This document shows, piece by piece, positions 41,288 to 52,125 of a stretch of DNA of 64,000 nt. The notes beneath the pieces are model-generated. The model saw only the letters and a list, made by a program, of their open reading frames with translations. It did no database searches and was not told the origin of the DNA. Position 1 is the first letter of the stretch. Each line of letters begins with the position of its first letter. A program made the position numbers and the translations under genes. This DNA is from Trichoplax sp. H2 (lineage: Eukaryota), in the NCBI GenBank assembly GCA_003344405.1, contig NOWV01000023.1, positions 124,001 to 188,000 on the forward strand, given 5' to 3'.

Positions 41288-43247
41288 CTATTGAGAAGCA
41301 GATAAGCTACTCAAATAATTTTTAAATTGTTCTTCAGATTCTTCTATCATTCGCATTTTCATATCTTCCTTCATGTGAGCACTAAGTAATTCTATTAGAG
41401 TCTTTTTCAGCTATAAAAAATCAGTAATCAAGTGGGGTTAGTCAGCACATAACAATAGTGATACACAATCAGTCTAATTTATTACTGTGACTATATAGGT
41501 ATTTTTTAATCATAGTCGTCCTTACTATTTCTTGTGCTGCATCTTTAAGTAATCCGTACATAATGCTATTGCTTTTAGTCGGTTCACAGCTATCTTCAAT
41601 TGCGTTATGTTGATATAATAATACGCTTAGCATAATATCTGCAGATATACGAAACGATAATCAAAGGACAAGATTAATCATTTTAGCAGACAGTAGAAGA
41701 AGATGCAGTTGAAATTATGATAGCTTCTTAACAGAAATGTCAAATTCATATTCTTCAAATTTAAAGATAACCACTACCATCTTTAACTAAACCCGGTTAT
41801 AAGGTTATTGAATCTAATATATCAACTTCTCACCTTCAATAACCCTTTCAGACGTTAGCCTAAATACTATATCTTTACCACTACAGCTAAACATTTGATC
41901 CAATAAAACATCCAACATAACATGATCTGCTAACCTTTCTTGCGTTTGGTACAAAACCTATCATTGCACAAAAAAATAATTTTACTGCACCTTCTCGTGT
42001 GTTACACACTAGATTATTCCTTAGGCGTATAATTAAAATGGACTTTTATAGTACGTGATTTCTACATGCCATAGTACCTTACAATGCTTACATTAACCCT
42101 ACATTGATGTGTTAATGATGTTTTAGCTATTTACATTAAGTAAAATAGTTTTACCGTATCTCTTTCTTTTCTCGTAAGCTTTAGCTCATCTGCAATAACA
42201 TGGCTGCAATCCAGCATGATAACTTCGTTAATAACTTCATCAATTATTTTATCGGCAATCTCCTCTACGGTATCGCTAGTTATCTACTCAATAATAGGAC
42301 ATAACGAAAAAATTAAGCTACTTGTTATCTGTTTCTAGTTAAATCACATTTAAGCAGTAAAGCAGCCCTCATTCATGAAATCATCTCAGTCATTGCATAT
42401 CAACAAAACGCATAGTTTTAAGTATAAAAAAGCTTACCTCTTCCTTTGTGATTTGCTCTTGAATTATGCTATAAGTATCACTGGTGAAGCTGTGAGATAG
42501 ATCATAAAACACGAAATTGTAGCATTGAATCAAATTAACAAAGTATTTTTCTGATCGTTTCGCACTAACATCGGGTTCTAATTGCTGATACACTAATTTT
42601 CTAAAAGTTCATGGATCAAGTTATTAGCTCCTGCGTTAACTGCAGCTCGTGATTGTTATACGTATACAATATATACAGGCATACGCAATAAAATAGTTTC
42701 TGATATAAATATAGGGAGCATTACTTAGAAAAGATACTGCTATAATGTAACTTGTAGGACCTAAAATAAAATTACATATGTCAAGGCTTGTTACTATCAA
42801 TGTGATTTTGATTATTATGTTCAATTAGCCATTTTCCTCAAATTGTACCTCAATGGTGTAGCGTAACACAGAATTATACTGTACAAGAGATCAATTTCCA
42901 ATACGCCATTCTGTAATACTGAACAATACTATATATGTATACTGCATATTCACGCAGGTAGGAGGTCATATTTACTAATATTTTCGTGTTGTAAATAATA
43001 GTTCGCTACAATATCACAACAATTCTTACATTCGTTGTGGAGTAGAGGCATCCGTCACGTCGACATCGCTTGTATTTTTATTCGTATTGAATGTACTCCG
43101 TAAAGGTATGGAATCTAGCGAAGGTATTTGTCTGTTATTAGTAGATATCGTAGTCGGATCAATAGTATGACCATCACTGATTTTTTGTTTGCCTTTTGCT
43201 AGCAATAATTGAGGAGTTTCTTGATGTATCCAATCCTCCTGCATCAT
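41288..43247 (-). CDS. Uncharacterised, largely helical, acidic protein (multi-exon)
   Basis: Phase-consistent GT-AG exons at about 43247-43030, 42600-42438, 42283-42155, 41957-41834, 41638-41527 and 41410-41288 give ...ITSDTVEEIADKIIDEVINEVIMLDCSHVIADEL...LADHVMLDVLLDQMF...DIMLSVLLYQHNAIE...LKKTLIELLSAHMKEDMK...stop. The start codon and second exon are uncertain. No domain recognised. Confidence 0.7.
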
Positions 43248-44638
43248 TGTAGTGAATCAATGAACTACTCTAAAACTCGCGTTTCACTTTTTACTGGTAC
43301 AGCATCACTAGGGACGTTTCTGGTTTCCCAGGAAACTTACAGTACAATGCGGTACAGTACACAGCAAGCTAAACTGTACAGTATGTACTGTAGGTGTTTG
43401 CATCTCCAATTGTCCATGGTGCTTGTGAACGTCAAGGACCGTCAATCAAACAGCATCGATAACATCTGCTACAGTACGCAATAGGTCTGCGCGAGTACAC
43501 GGTATAAAGTTACTGAACCTCTGACAGGTCTATCAAATGGTAATACTATCTGTTAAATGAGCACATTATCGTAAACCGTCAGCAAAGCGACGGGAGTTTG
43601 TACTAGTGTACTTTACATGTTCAGTATTCTGCACATATCACAGCGAATATTTAAGTAAAATAGTATTAAATTATCCCAACGATTGCACTGAAATGTATTT
43701 TACTTCGATAAGATACGAGTGTACCCGTCCCGTAGAGCCTATTGTGCGACGTGCGTGCTTGATCAAGTAGTGGCGACTGCCGAATAAGCAGTACGTGTAA
43801 TTAAAGCAGAAGTTCAAATGCTAGCATAGAGTATAGACTACATACTGACGTACTGAATATACTGTACATGAACTAGAGATATACGAGTATTTAGCAAGTT
43901 TTAATAGCACGTCAAAAGTACTGTACAGTGTATAGTATCAACTGAAACTGTCACGTTGAAGTCTACCCTGTTGAGATAGTAACAAGATGATTTTCTAACC
44001 ACGTTTTGATTTAGAGGTTGATTTTGATATTTTTGTAATGTGCCAGGTCATATACATATATTAGATCCAAGACTATGTAGGATAACAATCAAACACGACA
44101 TACAGATGATTCAGAATAAGGTTTTATTGCGAAAATACAGGATCAAGATCGATATTCCGAGATAGCTATGTAACAACTAATGTAGAGTATATGTACTGTA
44201 TTATATAGCAAAAGCAATACTATTTACTATTTAACAGTCTTATACTGTACAGTACAACTGAAAACATATAATTGTATAAGCTAAATCAGGCCCAAACTAG
44301 ATAAGCTCTATATTTGGTTGTAGCCTAATAACTCAGGAATACCAATTTGGTTCTTATTTCTCTAGATATTCTATACTTTTCCGGTATATCTTAGGAGATA
44401 TCCTTCTACGAGTATATATATAAATACTATACAGGAATTTCAACGGAATACAACTTTGATTTTTGAATTAACGAAGGGGAGACATCGAAAATAATCAGAT
44501 TGTATGTAGTTAGGCTCCAGTACGTATACTCTGCAACTACAGTACACTGCTTCATAATATAATTATCATAGTCCTTATCTACTTGTACTGTAGTCAATGT
44601 TCCTACACATATCACAGTTTTTCATCTATTTAATGTTC

Positions 44639-44938
44639 TCAATTATCTGGCAGTTTTTCTTTATTTCTAGGAGGATCATTCTTATGTATCAGCTTGGTTT
44701 CCATTTTTCTTCTTGTTTTAGTAGATGTATTTCCATGTGTCCGTTTGTACTCAAAGTTTTCTATATTTTTTAATTTACCAGACCTTTCATGTTCGCCTTT
44801 TCTTCTTGCGAGGTTATTTGTTTCACCCACATACTTGACGTCATTTTTAGAATTAGTATGTCTATAAACGCCTTGACTTGATGGCGGTGGATTAGATCCG
44901 GAAGGATCACTCTTGTTATATCGACCAGCAGGTATCAT
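44639..44938 (-). CDS. Standalone, intronless GIY-YIG nuclease superfamily protein (99 aa)
   Basis: Motifs GVY(23-25), YVGET(36-40), RR-x3-H (R46, H50), E80 and P-x2-N (N92) give the full GIY-YIG catalytic constellation. ATG is in a GCGATG context. No intron and no additional domain. Confidence 0.88.
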   Translation of the reverse strand: MIPAGRYNKSDPSGSNPPPSSQGVYRHTNSKNDVKYVGETNNLARRKGEHERSGKLKNIENFEYKRTHGNTSTKTRRKMETKLIHKNDPPRNKEKLPDN

Positions 44939-45034
44939 CGCCGTAATATTCTTTTCTTCGAGCTAAATTAATCCGCTGTCGTCTGTAATAAGTCCTCGAA
45001 CAAATGTAGAGAATAGAAGGACACTTGAAGTGCG

Positions 45035-45156
45035 AACTAATAAAATATGACAGCAACGTTCATGTATATATAATCTCTACTGTACTATCATGGAATATTC
45101 TAGAACTTACTAGTAGTTATTAAAATATACATAGAATGAGTATTCTCGAAGGTTCT
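45035..45156 (-). promoter_or_regulatory. Heat-shock-type core promoter of the GIY-YIG gene: two HSEs, TATA box, Inr-like site
   Basis: gGAAtaTTCtaGAAc at 45092-45106 and aTTCtcGAAggTTCt at 45142-45156 are perfect three-unit nGAAn inverted arrays. TATATATA lies at about 45071-45064 on the minus strand, and TTAGTT at 45040-45035 is about 30 nt downstream. Confidence 0.75.
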
Positions 45157-46625
45157 GCATACAGTACATATGAGGTTCGAATACGTGCGCATCTAAGACT
45201 GATCCTTACGAAGTCATTCTACAGTACTAATCCTAGTACAAGTCTACATTGTATATTGTATATCTTAGCCAGTATTGTATAATTAATGTTAATGTTATTT
45301 TAACGTTATATCACATTTCATAAGTACCTTCAAAAAGTACCAAAGACTACTAGATGCAATTTAGTAGTCCATGACAGTACTGTAAACTGTACACTACAGT
45401 GTAGTGTTATCGTTCACAGAATGATGGATGATTCTGTGAGAAAAGTTCAAATAATTGACGTTTTACCGGATGGCGGTCTGGTATTTCAGATCCTGAACTC
45501 TCTCGCATGAATGTACGGTAACATACAGCATATGAATAAATCTATTTGGAAACAACAAACTCGAAGGAGAAAAAGCAAGAAAGTTCTATTTTTGAAGTCA
45601 TGTCATATCGCCGCAAAAGTTGCTAACCGTAAATATTACGTTCATAGAATTTTTTTTCTTACTCTATGATTACGTCATACGCACAGTATACTGTCCATTT
45701 TATACGAGTACAGTACAGTACCAGCTGAATGTGTTGGTATCAATGCAGTCCATACGTTTGTACTGTTTTGTATTACTAATACGAAGGTATGTCCAAAAAT
45801 GTGGCACCAATTTACGGAAAGTTTACGGAAAATGGAACGGAATTCCTACTTTCTGGAACATACTGCGCAGTGTACAGTACAATTGAAGTGTACATTTGTA
45901 CTAATTTATGGAATGGAACATAAAACATGCGCACGCGATACAAGTGTTCCACTGTACTGTATTTTGGTAAGATCAGGGACTACTGTACAGTACTAAAAGG
46001 AAAGAAAGAGGGACTCAAAGCGGCCATCAATGTGCCATTACAGACATGTGGATACACTTGAAATGACCCCAAAAAGTGATCGGCCTCCACATAATTACTA
46101 GTATACGAGTAGTCAGCGATTGCTTGACGTCAGTGCTCCATACAATCCCAATGTTGGCTGTTTAACAGCCTTTTCTTTCTACTGTACTTTGTATTGTACT
46201 GTACAGCACAGCATAACAAGTACAGTACTGTACAGTACAGTACTGTACAGCTGCCCTACTGTAGACCTGACTGTAGCTATCTTCACCAGAATCACGACAA
46301 CAGTACAGTACAGTGTACTGTACACTGTACAGTGCCGTACTGTACACTGTACGGTAGTCCTGGGAAGTTCTGGATTTGCAGAATGTGATGATCACATGAT
46401 CATCGGATGCGCTTGCGTTGATACTAGTGTCGAGCATTCCATATGTCACCAATCTCTTCCAAAGCTCCGTCAAGTTGGAGCAGTTGTGCTGGTTGAAATC
46501 GCTGCTTGTTGCTCGATTCGACATTTACCTTGATTCAAATTGATATAATTCACCTGTAAGTATTCAGTGGACAACGATTGCCATCATAAATGGGTATGAT
46601 ATAAGTTCTTTTCTATTTTAGATCC

Positions 46626-49600
46626 ATGGCTAGTCAAGAGTATTGGTTGATTTCTGCACCAGGTGACAAAACCTGCCAGCAAACATGGGACAAGCTACAA
46701 GCTGCAACTTCAAAGATAGAAAAGCCACTATCGATCAACTCCAAGTACCAGCTGCCAGATTTGAAGGTAACATTTTGCATAGAATAATACTTCCTAGCCA
46801 ATAAATCTCCTATTGATCATGGTATTATGATCAATAACAATGATTAACATTGGAAGAATATCGATCATCGCTTGATCATTAGGCCAACTCTGTTTTTTCT
46901 CATTTGTTAGCCCCGATCATAGTCAATTCATCAAGTATTCAATAGACATCGTAGAATTGTATGAATCACACTGTCATAAATCATCATTATGTAATCTATC
47001 CTATCGATTCTAATAAATGATATTACGATACATTACTTTAATACGTTATCCTAGCCAGAAGATGTTTGATCACGTTACATTGTACAACTGCAGTCGATCA
47101 TGACAGTACGCACAACATGGAGGGTACTTTCCATTTCTATCCATTACTATTACACTACTACGTTACACCCAACTGCCACCGGCCCACCGCATTGTCAAAG
47201 TTAAAATTAAAATTGCTAATCTTGTCTAATTTTTAGTTCTTTGCTAATAATACCATGCGATAAATATCGTTATGGCCACTATCACTTCATTGAATCCGAA
47301 AAATTTCCAATAGATAGCGCACTATTCACCCAGCATGTTGGTAATGGTGACGTTTTTACTTCCCTACCGTCTTCAACTGCTGCACCATATGACATTTCTT
47401 AATTAGTTGCTCTAGTAAAAGATACATCAATGAATCAGTCAGTAATGATTTCAATCGATCTATTTGAAGAATAGGTTGTTTCAACAACTTGATCAGTCTT
47501 ACATCTTGAAAGGATAAGTAGCTAATAAGAGTATCATCGTGATGAATAATAAATGGTACAGTTCTTTTTTCCTTTTTCAAAAAATATGGCGTGATAACAC
47601 TTAATTTTTAGTAATGATAACAAACTGATTGACCATTCATATCAATCGTTTTGTAACAAGTTATTATACGATACATTAACTCGTCCAATATTCCAAAAGA
47701 CTTGTTGTACACTGCAATACTACTGTAAGCAGAGCCCTCTATATAGCAGTATCCACGGAATAACTTCTCGAGAAGTTAACGTTAAGAAACAACATAGTGC
47801 ATATAAAAATAATAATTACCGTGCATATTTTGTTTTATTGAACAGATTGTCGTATTCACGTACGCGTATACTTACTGTACATTTGCAAATTCTACTGCAT
47901 GTATATGCGTACTACCATGTATGCGGCATATTGTATGCCTATGATGTATGAATTAAAAAAGTAAAGCCCAATTAGAACAACAATATTTATATCTTCATTG
48001 ACTTTGAACAGGTCGGTACTCTAGATACTTTGGTTGGATTATCCGATGACCTAGTCAAAGTGGATGGATATGTCGAAGGTGTAACGAGAAAACTTACTCA
48101 ATATATGGCTGACATCTTGGAAGAACAAAAGGTTAAGAGATTAATTGATCTATTCTAGACAATTGATAAAACTGCAACGGTTCACTTTATACTGGATTTA
48201 AGGCTATAGTATTTTCTCATCATATTACATAGAACTGTGGCTGGACTATTCTAATCTAAAATATTGCAATATATATACTACTAAGAATTCGTGATTATAC
48301 GTACTGTACTACTTACAGATTAATCCTAATTTAACTATAGTATAACTCCTGTAATAAACTGTAGAGAGTGTTTGCAATTATAGAAAGTTGTATCATATGA
48401 TTACAAAATCTGAAGGACTAATCTAAAATAAGCTTTTTAATACTATTCATCATCAGGATAAACTTCCAGAAAATATGAAAGTTTCTGGACGTAAGTATTC
48501 TAACTTTATTTCGCTAAAATTGGAAATAATCTATGAAATTTTTAAATAATGTTACTGAAAATGGCCAAAAAACCTAATTGTGCTTAGATGATTTACAAAC
48601 GTACATGTCCAAATGGCAATGGGATCATGCTAAGTATCCCGTTAAGCAACATTTAAGGAGTATCGTTGAAATCATCAACAAGGCAAGACATCCTCATTGA
48701 ATTCTTATAAATTACCGGGCAATTTAAGATTATATTTATGTATTAACTTGGCGCTTATTTGCTAGGATTAGATCCCTAATTATAATTGATTCGTACCTAA
48801 TTAGATACTAACTGTAATTATTCTTTGGATTTTCTAGCAAGTTACAAACATTGATGCAGATCTTAAAGTTAAATCCCAGGCGTATAATGCCATTAAGAAT
48901 ACCCTGCAGTCATTAGAGCGCAAACAAGCGTAAGTTGATATTATACGATACCTTAATGAATAAGTAACATTTAGAAGAAGCAACTAAGCACTGTTACTGT
49001 GCAAGCCGTGGTATTAATTGATCACCATTATAATTTTAACATCGATTGCTACAATTTTTAGGGGTAGTTTATTATCCCGTGATCTAAGTGACTTGGTGAA
49101 AAAGGAGGATTTTGTCTTGAATTCGGAATATTTATCAACCCTGTTGGTTATTGTCTCTAAGTATGCTATGCCAGATAAATTTTGAGAAGTTTTCAGTGCG
49201 ACGCTATTAGACAGAGAAATACTTATTTTTAGGTCTTCCGTCAATGATTGGACTAATAATTACGAAAAGTTATGCGATATGATCGTTCCACGATCTTCAA
49301 AGTATGCTGATGATTGAAATTTATTAAATCGTATTAATTTTATAACTTATTATGACTATACAATCCTCTGATATAGTTAATTTTTATCGTCTTTTGCATA
49401 GAAAAATCTACGAAGACAACGAGCATGCCCTTTTTAGCGTCACTCTCTTTAATAAAGTTATCGATGAATTTAAGCATCACGCTCGTGATAACAGGTTATT
49501 CATGTTATGTTTTCTTCTACATATTATCGCTACATTATCATTATTGCCTGGAACTAAATACCAGTTCCAATTTAGGTTTATAGTACGTGATTTTAAATAT

Positions 49601-50384
49601 AATGAAGCAGAAGTTCAAGCCGGCAAGAGCGAAATTACCCGATTAGAAGCCGATAAAAAAAAACAATTCGTACGCTTTTCGTATAGCAGATCTTTTCTTG
49701 GTTTTGCACTTTTTTCTAATTGTTAACTGTATTTTAAGGGACCCTTAATGCGTTGGCTGAAAACCAACTTTGGTGAATGTGTTATTGCCTTTGTTCACAT
49801 CAAAGTTTGTAGCTTTACAATTTATTGACGAATTTGCAAATCTATTGCAGGAAGGGGCGATCAGTTTTAATTAAATGATGTATTTTTTTTTCATTATTAT
49901 AGGTATTACGGCTATTTGTTGAATCTGTTTTAAGGTTAGACGGGTTGCGGTATTCCTCTTAATGCAACAATTACGTTTTTAACTTTCCTGATCAATTTTT
50001 ATTAGATATGGACTTCCAGTAAACTTTCAAGCCGCTTTACTTCTGGTAATCGTACATTTGAATGCGTACTAAATGTATTTATGATGGTACTCATTAAATA
50101 ATATCTTTATATAACAAATAGCCCACTAAGAAAAGTAGTAAGAGGTTAAGGGAGGCCTTGATGAATTTGTATCGTCATTTAGATAGCACCGCGAATACTA
50201 ATCTTGATGTAAGTTACAGAGTTGTGCATCAGTTCATAAATTGATAAAGATATAACATCTTGATATGTTTACAATTATGCCTTTATAGATTGGATTTGAG
50301 ATCCCAGGAGTCACCACTCAGCAAGGAGATTATTATCCTTATGTATACTTTCCCGTTAATGTTGATTTCAGTGTTGCTAACTGA
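46626..50384 (+). CDS. ATP6V1C1: V-type proton ATPase subunit C
   Basis: Starts [24 protein letters not shown]. Later exons give [83 protein letters not shown] and DYYPYVYF, with TGA at 50382-50384. A 5'UTR intron is at 46556-46621. Confidence 0.97.
48683..48837 (+). other. GC-AG intron in ATP6V1C
   Basis: AAG|GCAAGA ... TTTCTAG|CAA. Removal gives in-frame [15 protein letters not shown], matching the conserved subunit C sequence. No suitable GT donor is available nearby. Confidence 0.85.
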
Positions 50385-52125
50385 GACGTTACTTAATATA
50401 AACCAAAATTAAAATTGGCGCCAAGCTTTCAAACAATGATGCCAAAATAGGTCAACTGAATGAAGTATTGTAGCAAGTTTATTCGGAGAAATTTATTCTC
50501 ACAGCCTTTCGATCGTTTTGGAAGGCAGCTGTTTTGCATATTTTATCTAATTATGATTATAGCTATACATTGATATGCCTCCTTTCATTCAGTGTAGCTG
50601 ATTGATCTACAGGTATAATTTATATTCTATAGTACAACAATTAGTTAAGGTAGAATAACTTAATATTGAGCATATGTTAGTTGTAAGCAATAATAACGTT
50701 ATCGATGGAATATGAACTTCATTTGTCATATACTCTAGCTATCGTCATTCATGTTATTACCTCGCTGTAAGAATGATAACCGCTGGTTGTTTAAATGTAG
50801 TATACGAGTATTTTATTGGCAGCAAATATTGATGGATTGAAATTAAATATAAAATTTTTATTAACGCTATTATTAATACATCTCTATAATATTATTGACA
50901 TAATAAATGAAAATTTGTTTCTGAACGGAAATAAGTTCCAATGTGCATTTAATGATTACAGCAACTGTTTATTACATCTATATAAGTGCATTAATGTCAC
51001 GGTAATGACATATTCTGATTGAAACAAACAACATCGAAGTGTACACTAAATTTTTGGCACTGATATATTAGTAATTGTTTTCCATAATTAATCCTGAAAT
51101 GTCAAGTAAAAACTATTCTACAATACCAAAAATGAAATTAGCGCCCTTTGAGATGATACTACAGTATATTATAAATTATATAGTATAATTATGGTTAAAT
51201 ATTTTAGCCCATCATAGTTAGTATAAAGTATTCTTGTTGCTAACCAATAATACTTTTTTATTTCAAAATTGAATTTGAGTTTCATACTACTGTAGAAAAA
51301 TATAAAGAAATTCTTCACTCCTAGTGCAATGAGAAGTAGTAATGCTATAAGCAGTATTAACATCCATTTGATTGATACTGTAAAACTATCATCTTATCAT
51401 GTAAATTTGCTAGATAGTTGATTTACTATTGTACTATACATAGTGCTACACCTACTATAAAAGATCCTAAAATCATAACAGCCACAATCAATCGATATCT
51501 ATATACCAGAAGCTGTGTGCATAAGAGTATGAGTAATTTACAAGATAGTTGCCGTAAATGTTGCTATTTTTCAGTTCATGGCTAGGTTACTAGGCAGATG
51601 GCTCATGATCTCTCAAATCTATGGAGGCTTGATGTTAACCATTCTTACGTTATTTCCAACTAAAGTTGTAATCCAAAATTGTTGTAATACTATAATATTT
51701 CCGCTTATTACATTTCTAATAGTAAGTAGCTTGAAGTACGTGGCAGTTTAATCTAATACGTACGAGTAACTACCAGCTCAATTTGTATATAACATGGCAA
51801 GATTGCTATCTAAAACCAGTACACTTGTTTGTTGGCTCTTATTAGATACAAGATAAATGGCAATTACGACAATAGTCAGTTGATGCCAATTATATTATAT
51901 AATACAATTAATTATTTTACATCAGATTGCGAGGTGCTGAAATAAATAAGATACAGTTTTACTCTCAAAATGTAAGCCAAGTATTGCCAGTAATGTTTGT
52001 TGGCTACTTTGGCCTGTTAATCCCTAAAGAATAAGACGTACTGCGAATAGAATTTCGAGCTGGAATAAAAGATGAAACATACTTATTAAAATTATATGCG
52101 TATATAACACTTCGATCCTCTATTA

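Noticed and set aside
45173..45184. GGTTCGAATAC, resembling a tRNA T-loop or Pol III B-box
   Set aside because: There is no cloverleaf, acceptor stem or A-box at the right distance.
44000..45600. GIY-YIG ORF as part of a Penelope-like retroelement or homing-endonuclease intron
   Set aside because: No reverse transcriptase ORF, terminal repeats, target-site duplication or group I intron context is visible in the flanks. A very old remnant cannot be fully excluded.
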